Of a stretch of 64,000 nt of DNA, positions 39,330 to 50,484 are shown in pieces. Origin of the DNA: Calcarisporiella thermophila CBS 279.70. Its lineage: Eukaryota > Fungi > Calcarisporiellomycota. The position numbers and the translations under genes are program-made. The DNA lies in assembly GCF_041956535.1 (NCBI RefSeq), contig NW_027192194.1, positions 1,282,567 through 1,346,566 of the forward strand, written 5' to 3'. Each line of letters starts with the position of its first letter. Position 1 is the stretch's first letter. Under the pieces are notes generated by a model. It made no database searches and was not told where the DNA came from. It was given only the letters and a program-made list of their open reading frames with translations.

Positions 39330-39981
39330 TCACCATTCTCAGCTGTTCGTTAGAATAGAAACAAGGATATCTTAATCTTATACGCGTGGAGCAGAGTGGC
39401 AGCAAACACACGATTCACAATAAGAAGCAATCACAAGAGTTCACTTGTATTAAAACTATCACTTGCTGCATCAGGCATTTAAACGTCTAATGCAGCGAAT
39501 AATTGTGCTATATATTTAATTTTACAAAACTTGTTTTATGATTGATTTGCCACGCATTTTTAATTTATATTTTCATTGCTCACCTGTAAGCTTGTATCTC
39601 TCCACAATAAAATAGACTTAGATTGCTAATTTCAGGTTAATTCATTTTGCCTAAATATACCACTAGTCTTCATACGCAAAAAAGCTGTTAAAATTGAAAG
39701 AGAGAGTTTTGATAAAGTTTGTGGGAGATAATGTAACCTAGGTTCATTAAACTCAAGTAATAGAGAGGAAAGTTTTAAAATTTCTACAATTTTTATGTGT
39801 GTCTATTTCGCTAAGGATCTTTATTGAGAAAATCCTTATGCCAATCCAAATCCCGTGAAAAAGTAAGGAAGAAAATATTGGGAACCATAGTAAAATGAAA
39901 AAAAAAAAGATAAAAGAAATATATACGGCGAAGAGTAATAAACACAAGCGAAAGTCCAGGGATTTTATTTTATTTTTTTGT

Positions 39982-41168
39982 TTATGCTGTTTCCGTTGGA
40001 TGCAAATAGATACACCGATCTCCCCAAACGCAGTTTGGATAATATCTGTTGAAATGGCAAGTAAAATAATTAGATAGTGAATATTTAATGGTTTGAAAGG
40101 ATGTGAATTGCTTACCTGCAAGGCTTCGATGGGTGAATAAACTTACAGTTTTTATTTGTACAGCGAGGGAAAAATCGGCATCGCTGCAGCTTGACTTTAC
40201 TTTGTAGAGGGATAGATTGCGGCTTGGGTGGATCTTTGTTAGATATTGATCATATTAGATTAGTTGAAAAGGAAAGTCTCAAAGGCGTTACGCTTACCAG
40301 CTGTAGCAAATACTGGAACGAAAACAGGCGCGTTCACATTCAGTGGAGCACCTCTATACGCAGATGAATCTGTATTGTATTCTATCACAGAGACCACATT
40401 ATCAGTACTTCTTTCTTCATCCTCCTGAGTTTTAACTTCATCATCGTCTTCGGCGCTAGCTCCTTCACCGGTTTCTTCAGACGCCGTTTCTTCCTCAGAC
40501 CCCTTAGAGAATTCTACATGTACTTCTGGGACTAGAGTTGGGGTTGAAGTTTGTTGATTCCCTGGTTCCTCTACATTTTCCCTTGACTTTTCAAACGTCT
40601 CTTCAGTTTCCATTATATTCTGCTTTGTTACAAACTCCCCCACTTTTTCTTCACTTGCTATTTCCACCAATTCATCTTTATCCTCGAAAGCAACCTCCTC
40701 AGTTTCCTCAGAAGCTGCTTTACCCTGGTCCTCAACCGCCACCTCTTCTAGTTCTTTCTCAACAGATTCTTTGGTTTTCTCTAATAAGCCCTCTTCATTC
40801 TCCGCCATTATCACGTCAGAGATTTTGGTACTATTGAGTTCCTTAGCTTCTTGGTTATCAGGGGTATTTTCACACACTATTGCCTCCGAGGTATGCTCTA
40901 AATCGGACTCCATTTCCTCCACTGCTCCTTTCTCCTTCACGTCGGAATTTTTAGTTAAATTTTCTGCTTCATTTACTGAACTATTCTCTTTATCTTTTTC
41001 GTTCAATCTCTCTTGCTTAGTTGACGATTCTTAACACGAAAAATTACTTAAAGCGTATAATAAATAGAAAAAGATTTACTTACGAATTGATTTCAAATAA
41101 ACTATGGCTACGAGCGCACCTACTGCTGCCACCACTGCTGCTGAGTACGGCTTTGACAACGTCAACAT
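39982..41168 (-). CDS. N-terminally membrane-anchored acidic protein with PAM2 motif and two C-terminal CCCH zinc fingers, four exons
   Basis: Exon 1 MLTLSKPYSAAVVAAVGALVAIVYLKSI. Exon 2 is Glu-rich and ends with PLNVNAPVFVP (PAM2). Exons 3-4 give CRFFPRCTNKNCKFIHP and CR|YYPNCVWGDRCIYLHP. All junctions are GT-AG and in frame. Confidence 0.8.
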
Positions 41169-41538
41169 TTTGTGTTTGGACCCACTGAATAAAGAATTTT
41201 TAGGGATGATAAATGAATGAGAAAAAAATGTATAAAAAAGAAAGCTATATATGTTTTTTAAGACTTATGGAGAGGGATGAGTATTAAAGATAGAATAGGA
41301 GAGGAATTACACTTCTATTGTACTCTAAATTCTGCCTTTTTCTTCACTTTTGCTTTACTAGAACAACACAAAAGAATGAAAACAATTGCAGTTTATTGAC
41401 TTCTTTCTCGAAACCAGCCAATAAAGACCCGAGTAAATATCCTACAATGTCATGATTATAGATATGTATGACTGCGTAGATTTATTTACACTTACTATTG
41501 AAGCTCCCAGGATCTAGAGCCATCCTTTTCCATCAACT

Positions 41539-42306
41539 ATGTTATCTCGAAACATCTCGTCAACATATAATAACATCCGATTAGTATCAAGACCATTCCT
41601 GGTTTCTCGATCATTTTTCAATTCAACCCAATGCAATGCTGAATCGAATCGTGGTTTTATCGATGCCCGTCGTGAATATAAAGAAAAGATGAGTGCTCTA
41701 CGCACGAAGTATGCAAAGGAGGTCCATAAACAAAACGTGGAAAAGCAATTGATGCAGGAGTCGAAAAGAATCAAAGAACAAGAGCGTGCACAACAGTTGC
41801 GTCAGGAGCGGAAGAAGGAGTTGGAGCGAGAAATTATAGCGGAACAGCGTCTGCAAGATGAGCTGGAAAAGCGAGCCGAACTTGAAAATGTTATTGCACA
41901 CCGTCACACCGCAAAGGCTGAAAAAATGGAAACGATCGATCAGCGTGCACAACTTCGCGCCGCTAATCGTCGATCTCGCTTGGAAAGACTCTCACAACAT
42001 CGGCTCAATCAATTAATGAAATTATATCATAACACGGAGGAATTTGTAACACCATCTAATCTCGAAGAGAAGCTTGATGCATTTATGCGAAGCCCTCGAG
42101 TGCCATTCAGAGAAACACTGGATGATATGATTTCGCAACAACAAGGAGCAGCGCAGCGAGACAAACTTGTCCGAAGCAGAATGGAGCAGTTGAGAGAAGT
42201 GCTGGACGGAACCGTTATGGGCGGAAAGCTTGGAGTGGATGGAATAATAGACTGGCAAGTGAAGGAGGATGAAAAAGAAAGCTCAAAGAGGGCCGATAAC
42301 CACTAG
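41539..42306 (+). CDS. Mitochondrial coiled-coil protein, likely mitoribosomal mS26-like
   Basis: Arg/Ser-rich presequence, EYKEKMSALRTKYAKEV, a long charged helix and EFVTPSNLEEKLD, resembling the mS26 family. Confidence 0.6.
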   Translation: MLSRNISSTYNNIRLVSRPFLVSRSFFNSTQCNAESNRGFIDARREYKEKMSALRTKYAKEVHKQNVEKQLMQESKRIKEQERAQQLRQERKKELEREIIAEQRLQDELEKRAELENVIAHRHTAKAEKMETIDQRAQLRAANRRSRLERLSQHRLNQLMKLYHNTEEFVTPSNLEEKLDAFMRSPRVPFRETLDDMISQQQGAAQRDKLVRSRMEQLREVLDGTVMGGKLGVDGIIDWQVKEDEKESSKRADNH

Positions 42307-42618
42307 GACAATAATAGGAATACCGATTGTAAAAAATAAACCATTTCATTTTATATTACTTCTTACTTTGCTGATCAAGTTTGAGTTTTATATGATAAAA
42401 ATATTAAAAGCCTAAGCTGTCCAGAAATACACTATGTTTCTTGTAACATTTTCCGAGCATCAGTAGCTATATAGTAATATAGGATGCTAATCCATTTACT
42501 GTATATTTGTATATGATAACGTATGATTGTAAATTCTACATACTAGATAATATATAATAATACACAGCTATTGATAATGTGTTGAAATAATGGAAATGCA
42601 TAAGTATGTTGAACTCAT

Positions 42619-43461
42619 CTATTCACTAGCCTTTGCCTCAGCTTTGGGTTTCGCTTCAGCAGCTTTGGCACTTGTAGTAGCGGTTTTAGGCTTTGCAGCC
42701 TTTGCCTTCGACTTAGTCTTTGGCTTGACACCCTTAGCTTTCGCTTTCTTTGCCCCGGCGAGTTGAGCGGCCCCGACTGCCTTTTCGGATTTTGCGCCAG
42801 CGCTACCGGCAGGTGCGGTCTTCTCCTCAACCATCTTGACGGCATCCTTTCCAAAGTCGAAAGCCATTTGGATAATTTGGCCAATTCCATCACCGAGTCT
42901 AGTGCCCACTTCAGTTGCCTGGGCGTCGCTCACATTGCCCTGCTCCTTTGCAACCTTCTTGGCAACCTCCACACCTAATTTACGCGCATCTTCTATACTG
43001 CTTGTGGGAGTCAAAAGGGATTGGGCGTCTTTCGCGTTGCCTTTCAAGGTAGTTTCAGCGGTCTTTCCCAGGTTTCCTCCTGCTTTATTGCCCAAATCTT
43101 TCCCAATTTCGCTGCCGACTTTCTGCCCATACTCTTCGCTTACACCAACTGCCTTTGCAACCAATTTACCAAACATACCTCCTCCGTTAGAGCCAATTAG
43201 GGATCCAACCGTGGGGCCGAGTTGGCCAACAAGATCTAAGATGCCATTGTCTCCGCCCCCATTTTTATTATTGGAACCCGTCGCGGCATTCAGGAGACCT
43301 TGCAAACCTTGTCTTTTCTCAAGTTCATGAACTTCCGAGATTCCGACTGCCTGGTTAATGTCCACCGCGCTCACTCCTTTACTGGTTGGAACTGCGCTCA
43401 CTCCAGATACGAGATAAAGACTTCCCACGATAGCAAAACAATAAGGAATGACTTTGACCAT
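42619..43461 (-). CDS. Secreted Gly/Ala/Lys-rich protein with Kex2 site, glycine-zipper helices and a basic Lys/Ala tail
   Basis: Signal peptide, ELEKR|Q processing site, GxxxG runs (GQKVGSEIGKDLGNKAG; GTRLGDGIG) and a KKAKAKGVKPKTKSKAKAAKPK tail. Intronless. Confidence 0.75.
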   Translation of the reverse strand: MVKVIPYCFAIVGSLYLVSGVSAVPTSKGVSAVDINQAVGISEVHELEKRQGLQGLLNAATGSNNKNGGGDNGILDLVGQLGPTVGSLIGSNGGGMFGKLVAKAVGVSEEYGQKVGSEIGKDLGNKAGGNLGKTAETTLKGNAKDAQSLLTPTSSIEDARKLGVEVAKKVAKEQGNVSDAQATEVGTRLGDGIGQIIQMAFDFGKDAVKMVEEKTAPAGSAGAKSEKAVGAAQLAGAKKAKAKGVKPKTKSKAKAAKPKTATTSAKAAEAKPKAEAKASE

Positions 43462-45558
43462 ATTGAAGACAAATATAAGTTGAGATATACAAAAAGAATT
43501 TGAAATATGCTGATGTTGGAGAAAGACATCGAGAGAAAACAGGGCTTCTTTTATATTATCTAAAGTATAAAACTTCTATTCCAAATTAAGGAACTTTTCG
43601 GATAGGATTTTTCGGCCCCTGCGTTTGTTGCGTAGAAAAAGCTCAGGGTATCCCTCAACTCAGGTTTAACGAAGCTGTTTAAAATCCAAGAGTGCGAGGT
43701 GAAAACGATCACATTGTGGGAAGCAGAATAAGCTCGAATCTTATTAATAACATATTTTAAGTATTTTTGTATTAAATATTGACATCTAAGGTAAACAAGT
43801 TTCCAGGCTTTTGGTACTTGAAGTGTCAGTAAAGAGAAACTCTTCTGAATGTTTCATTAACTTATAGTATAACTAAGTGGTAATATGAACAGAGAATGCA
43901 TTAGTTAGTTCACTTAAACCTGTCAGTTTGTAAAACTATATGGCGAACTTAGGAAATGAGGGAAAAAAATTTATTTCATTAATACAATATAATAGTCAGG
44001 ATTTTGTTCACTATTCTTTTGATATGTGGAGACCAAATCTATAGTGATTAAGCATGGGTCATCTTATGTGCAAATTTAGTTAAATTCTTTTGCACCCTTT
44101 CCTATTTTACATGATCATAGACAGTGATAGCGCACGGTCCACCTTTTGATCCATGAAAATCCGAGAAATTTGGTAATTTGCGGATACGCGATTGCACGTT
44201 CAGATTCATAAATTAGTATCCCTAATAGCTTAGGTTAACACAAAAAACTTAGAGACCCATTATGAAATTATAATTCAAAAGGAGGAATGCACCCGATAGT
44301 TTATTCATCGCTTCATATAGAAAATGACGGTTGAACTCATTGATATGCGATTCATTCCGCTTGAACCCGCTGTCGGAATACAACTTGAGTTGAATACTAC
44401 TTCCATATCTCTAGGACTCTTGCCAAACTTTTACTATTTTATATGGTCAAAATAGCAAATACCCTATGCTAAGAGTCAGCTAATCCTGAACAAAAATTAC
44501 AGTGCAACCCCACTTTATGCGCACTATAAAACATGAACTTCTCTCGTCAAAATGTTTTGTCAGGGTCTCATTGGGGGAATATTGAGCTTTAGTATACCGA
44601 TATTTTTAATACCATTTGAAAAAAAGTTGGCCTTTCTATTTTAGCAGGTAGGACTGGTGGGATAAATACGATAAGTGTCTAAATGCAAGACAAGTAAAAT
44701 AACGCGCATAGTGATTCTAAGGGATATATTCGTCTTTTTAGCAGGTTCAAACGCATATGCGACTCGGAACATGACATCTCCTCGCAAAGCCTACTAAAAA
44801 AAGCAAATTCAAATCCTGTATATAATACAAGCGAGCCCTTAATAGTGCTAGTGATATAAAGTGTATCGTCCCTACCGACTCATCCAGTAGTTAGAGGGAC
44901 CAATAGATCAACTTCATATTTATTCATCTTTGTGATATTTTTCAGTACTCCTTCTAAAGACTATACGAGAAATTTGGTCAAATTTTCTGGATTTCACCTA
45001 CTCTGAAGTTAATCAAGTACAATACAAGGAGTGGTATTTTTAGGAGCGAGGAAAGTTCAAGAATATTTCAAAATATTTGTGGATTACTATGCCTAACTAT
45101 AAAACAATCCATGGGAGAGGGTGGTAGGAGGGTGGCTGAGTTATTTTTAGGGTCACAGAAGAGCTTTCAAGTTTGTTTTGGCACGTGTGGGTCTCCAAGC
45201 CAAAAATGGTGACTATTAAATTACTTGTATTTTTGAATGTAAAGTATATAGTCCAAAAAACAGGTCCTATGCATCCAAAACTCTTGTCAATTGAATGCAT
45301 ATATCTACCTAAGATTTCTGAAACACCATAAATCGGTGGCTTTAGGCACATGTGCTAATCATCCTCTAATGCAGTAAATTAACAGGGGGCTTTGCAGGTT
45401 TCTAAATGGTTGGCTGGAAAACAACTTTCGATGCATAATATGTTACTACGTCGTATGTTATTTATATCCTAGTTAGAATTTCTATATTCTTGCTATAAAT
45501 AAAGTCCATCCACAATATTTAAAAATTTAGCACTTTTTAGCAGACTCTTAAAGACAAT

Positions 45559-47196
45559 ATGAAAATCAACCTAGTCTTGTCATTGTTGCTCTTAATCTGG
45601 ATATCTTGCGTGTTGGCACACAAGGGAAATACTGAGAAGAAACTGAAGATATATTTCGATGATATCAAGGGACCAACACAAGAACAATTGGACAACATTG
45701 CAATAAAGGCGTTTAAAGATCGTAGGGTGAAGAAGTATCTTAAAAATAACCGCTATAGGCTTCTCTCCGTCGAAATTGTTAATGAAGAAAATGAAGAAAA
45801 GGGTGAAGAATATATTCCAAGCGAGTATTTAGCTACTGTCTACGATTACACAAACAATCGTGCCATCTTAATAAGAGGTTCAATTAGAAATGGCAAAGTT
45901 AACTTGGTGGAAGAATCAGGATTACAACCTCATCCAAACAATGAAGAATTTGAAGAAGCGGTGGAAATATTGAGAGAGAACGGGAATTTTTCATATCCAC
46001 TTCAGCATAATCTTACGAACGTGTTTTTGGATATCGTGCCAACTATCATAGGCGAATTTCCTGATGGTCGAACGGAAAGAATCTTAGCAATGCACCTTCA
46101 CTCAGAAAATCCAGAATATCCTAATGAAACTGTGGGCGTGAACATGAGCCGCAGGACCGTAGTAAGATATGGGCTGGATCATCCTCATGGATCTTGTGGA
46201 ATAGCTCCAGGAATGGATAGAGGAAGTAAGGAAGGGTTGATCGGGTCAAAGCGGATTCGAGTTGTGAGAGGAAATACCAAACTATGGGAGTTCGAGGTAA
46301 TTAGGCCTTCCTCTTCATCGGGTACAAAAACAAAGAGATCTGGAGTCGAGTTAAGAGGAGTGCGATACAAAGGAAAAAAAGTCTTGTATCGAGCTCATGT
46401 GCCAATACTAAATGTCAAATACGAAAATACTTCAATCTGTGGGCCTTATCGGGACTGGCAATGGGAAGAGTCAACATTCGAAGCTTATGGAGTGGATATT
46501 GGCAGAGGAATACGCTTTTGTAGTCAACCTCCGAGAACTATTCTGGAATCCAAAAGTGACACAGGAAATTTCCGTGGAGTCGCAATATATGTTGTAGGAC
46601 AACAAATTGTATTAGTTAGTCAGTTAAAAGCGGGATGGTACCGTTATATAAGTGAATGGAGACTGCACGCGAATGGAACCATCCAACCTCGGTTCGGATT
46701 TACAGCAATAAACAATCATTGCGTGTGCAACAAACATACTCATCACGTTTATTGGAGACTCGATTTCGATATCCGTACAGCAGGAAACAACATTGTGAGA
46801 GAGTATAATGATCCGCCCATTTTTTCCAGTAAATACCACACGAAATCATATGAAATCAACAGACTAAAAAGCGTATCCCATCGCAGGCATTGGGAGATCA
46901 GAAATGCGGCAGGCGGAGACTCGTACGCGCTGATTCCAGGATCACAAGATGGCATGGCGGATAACGAATTTGGATATGGGGATCTATGGGTACTAAAATA
47001 TCACAAAAATGAACTGGACGACGGGAGAACACTAATACAGGGGGAGGATGCAAAGGCGGATTTGAAACGATTCGTTAATGGAGAGTCAGTGTACAAGAAA
47101 GACGTAGTATTGTGGTACGCTGCGCATTTTAGTCACGTGATACATCATGAATTAGGTAGAGTAGTTGGACCCGACTTAACCCCCATCAAATGGTGA
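45559..47196 (+). CDS. Secreted copper-amine-oxidase-like protein, divergent and intronless
   Basis: Signal peptide; GVELRGVRYKGKKVLYRAH, GPYRDW, AGWYRYISEW at the NYDY cofactor position, HTHHVYWRLDFDI (HxH) and DVVLWYAAHFSH (distal His). The motif order matches the CAO catalytic domain. Confidence 0.7.
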   Translation: MKINLVLSLLLLIWISCVLAHKGNTEKKLKIYFDDIKGPTQEQLDNIAIKAFKDRRVKKYLKNNRYRLLSVEIVNEENEEKGEEYIPSEYLATVYDYTNNRAILIRGSIRNGKVNLVEESGLQPHPNNEEFEEAVEILRENGNFSYPLQHNLTNVFLDIVPTIIGEFPDGRTERILAMHLHSENPEYPNETVGVNMSRRTVVRYGLDHPHGSCGIAPGMDRGSKEGLIGSKRIRVVRGNTKLWEFEVIRPSSSSGTKTKRSGVELRGVRYKGKKVLYRAHVPILNVKYENTSICGPYRDWQWEESTFEAYGVDIGRGIRFCSQPPRTILESKSDTGNFRGVAIYVVGQQIVLVSQLKAGWYRYISEWRLHANGTIQPRFGFTAINNHCVCNKHTHHVYWRLDFDIRTAGNNIVREYNDPPIFSSKYHTKSYEINRLKSVSHRRHWEIRNAAGGDSYALIPGSQDGMADNEFGYGDLWVLKYHKNELDDGRTLIQGEDAKADLKRFVNGESVYKKDVVLWYAAHFSHVIHHELGRVVGPDLTPIKW

Positions 47197-48514
47197 ACTA
47201 TTCCTTCACTAGCATCAGAATATTAAATCAGAGTAAATTTTATTCTTACCATTAATTTATTATTACGAATAAGTAAAATATAGTAGTAGTATCTTATAGT
47301 GCTATGCAAAAGGTTATTATGTTTGCTAAGCGAATAGTTTTAATAAAAAAATAAATACATGTGATTTAAATAATGGGTTTCAATCATGGGTAAAATTTCC
47401 TTAGAGGAAAGGGCAAAAATAAACGCAAAGTGTAGACGAAAGAATTGGGCAAACATTCGAAAGCTTAAAGATTTTCGTGTATTAATATTTTTGCATTCGT
47501 TTAATTTATGTTAGGATATAATCATATTTACCACTATTATTCCAACCATCCTAAAGCTATCATCATTTTCAATCTATATGTCTTCATTCACATATGCTAT
47601 GACATTAGTGCATTTAATTTTCATATTTGATATGTATATTATATAGTTAAATTAAAAGAACAATTAAAATATCACGATTTAATATGATAATCCACTCCTA
47701 TCCTTAGAATGAGACGAATTGGAATGGACCTTCCCAATATATACTGCAGGGATCAATTTTGAAAATCACCCTTACAATAAATGCTTTAATAGCTAATAGA
47801 AATATTTCACATCGTATACTGATCAAATGGAGCTTAAATTCAAAAGCTTGTTTTTTATACTATTCCGCAATTCAGCATGGTGAGGCATACAGCTATAAAA
47901 GGCTGTAACAAGTATATACATGTATTGCCCATACCATCGCGAGATTTGCATTAACCAGCGTGGTACTGGATTATGGATTTGCGATGATACAGAAAACTCA
48001 TGTTTTGGTGGTATAACCAAAGTCAATGTATTTAAATTGTCGGGTTGTACTTGAGCTTTTAATAAGATATAAAGTGAAGGTGATCTCAGTAATCATAAAT
48101 TATTTATTTTAAAAAAGGTTGATACAATATTAGTTTTCTTGAATAATAGTACAATATATTGTAATATTATCTATATCTATTATAGCAGTAAACTTATCAG
48201 AGTTTATGCGTTACAAAGATATTCTACAAATCAGATTTAGTTAAACTGTAATTTAGGTTACAGTAGTTGACAATTACAAAATGAAACTTCATAAATCTCA
48301 ATCACATTGTCAAGTCACTTTTAAGTTTATACCAACAATAGTGTATATTCCTTTCAATCTTAAGTTCGCAAACGTTTAAAAATTTGCATAAAAAGTGTCA
48401 TTTGAAGCATATAAGTCATATCTAAATATTCGAGAGCAAATCTATATTTTATTAACAATATTTTTGGTAGAATTTATAAATAAAAGTAACGCACATTTTC
48501 AGATCCTATTGATT

Positions 48515-48775
48515 TTACACGCAATCATAATGAGGGACACCCAACTCACGGCAGCATACTGGGAACCAGCCATTCAAGGAATTGTCATTCTTCACGCAAT
48601 ATCCCTTATAATCCGAATAAACTCCTTTTTTAATCTCACAGCAGCGTTTAGTTTGGGAATCAGCCCGACTATCGTTCTTCCACTGACAGCGACAGACCGA
48701 GCTGGCATAGACTTGCCCAAATAGCGCGATTAAGGCAAAAAGAAGGGCGAAAGAAACAGCAATCTTGGAATTCAT
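48515..48775 (-). CDS. Small secreted 8-cysteine peptide (CxC-CC-C-CC-C)
   Basis: 24-aa signal peptide and a 62-aa mature region with 8 Cys; TATA-like ctataaa upstream on the minus strand; intronless. Confidence 0.78.
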   Translation of the reverse strand: MNSKIAVSFALLFALIALFGQVYASSVCRCQWKNDSRADSQTKRCCEIKKGVYSDYKGYCVKNDNSLNGWFPVCCRELGVPHYDCV

Positions 48776-50484
48776 ATTGCAATTAATAAAATTAATGTTT
48801 TAGCTAGTGATAATGCAAGAGACATTTGCATTTGAGCGGTTCATTTAAATATTGATTGTCATCGGATTTTTGTGATATATCTGACTCATAAGTTGTGGAT
48901 AAAAAAGAATTCTTTAGAGATTGAGGGAACGTGAAAGTTAGCAAAAAATCTCCTGATTTCGAAAATGATCCCGCCACGCAATCCAGCCACAACCTTCCTT
49001 TATAGAGGGCTAAAAGATAACTGGCCAGCCTTCAAGGTTTACATCGTAATTTTCAACTCAGTTTTCCCACACAAAAATACTTTTATATTCATTCACTATT
49101 TGGGCAACTTAATCGAAATATCCGGGATTTTGGAATATCTAAATTAGTTTAATCTCCAATTTACATTGTTACATATTAATCTCGTTTCGTTATATTTCTA
49201 CAATAGAATTAGATTAGGAAGAAATCTGATGGAAGAGCTTTTACTTTGTTTCTAGTTAGAATTGCCATCTCTTCCTTGGTTTTCTTTATTTCATTTAATA
49301 TAAAATAAGGATCATATCTATTTCATGTCGCAAATGTTTCCTCGAATATTTATATTATTTTCATATATATTCTACTATGTATGATGTATAATATTTGTGT
49401 AATGAAAGAATATCTCTAATTGATGGTACTAAATTTGATTTCAATTGTAAAGAAAGGAACAATATTCAAAACATTTTGATGTCTAAAACAATATACATCA
49501 TCTAATATTTTCTGACTATTCAGTTCTAAAAATATATACCACTATCTTGTAGCTTCAAATTTTACCAAATTAGAGTTTTCCACTTCGATTTCTTTTCTAT
49601 TTATTCGACCGCTTATTTTTTTAACCAAACTTTTCTCACTTAATCATCTCACTTATCGGGGACTAAACTATTAGAATATTATGAAGCCCTACATTGCGCC
49701 GCTATTTGGTTGTTAAAATTTGTTCAATTGTGGCTTTACCATTGTAATCAACTGTTTCTAATAATTATAAACTGTTCATTTTATTATCAAAAATGTGTAT
49801 TGAAAACATTCTTCATATTGGTAGCGCAACAATACAAAGTGTGATTGATTTCCTAGATACAGATATCTATAGATAGGCTTCATCACATTAGCCAGAGTAT
49901 TATAATAACATCGTTTATCGTTTTACCGTTTTTTTCAATTATATAATTTACTAAATTTATTCTCCATCTGCTGTCTGTACATGAACTTAAATAATTGGGG
50001 GTACGAATGAATCCCATCGTCAAAATCGAACCCAAAGTTTTCATTAAAAATTTAATGAACTTTGAACTACCTGTTTTCTATAACTAAAATGGTATATTGC
50101 GTGGTGAGTCATTCAGCCAACTGTTGAGAAAAGCAGTATGGTATGTTAATGTGTATACAGTATTAGGTATACATAATCATCTTAAGTAATCAATGGCGAT
50201 GCTTTAGATATTATCATATTAAACTTAGCCAATGAACCTGATTTAAATATTAAATATGACTTCATATTATGATAAATAAAATTATAAAAACGGGTGTGAC
50301 AGTATCTTTTTGGTATTAACATTGAGCTAAGCCTGAAATCACTGTATCTCAATTGAGGAGCTGATTTGCTTAACTTTCAATCCGATTCCCAACATCTGAA
50401 TATAAATAGAAGTTATTTACTTTGAAACCATTATAGAAACCGCAATTATTCTTTGTCCACAGGCTTAGTCATTCTTCGTTATAA

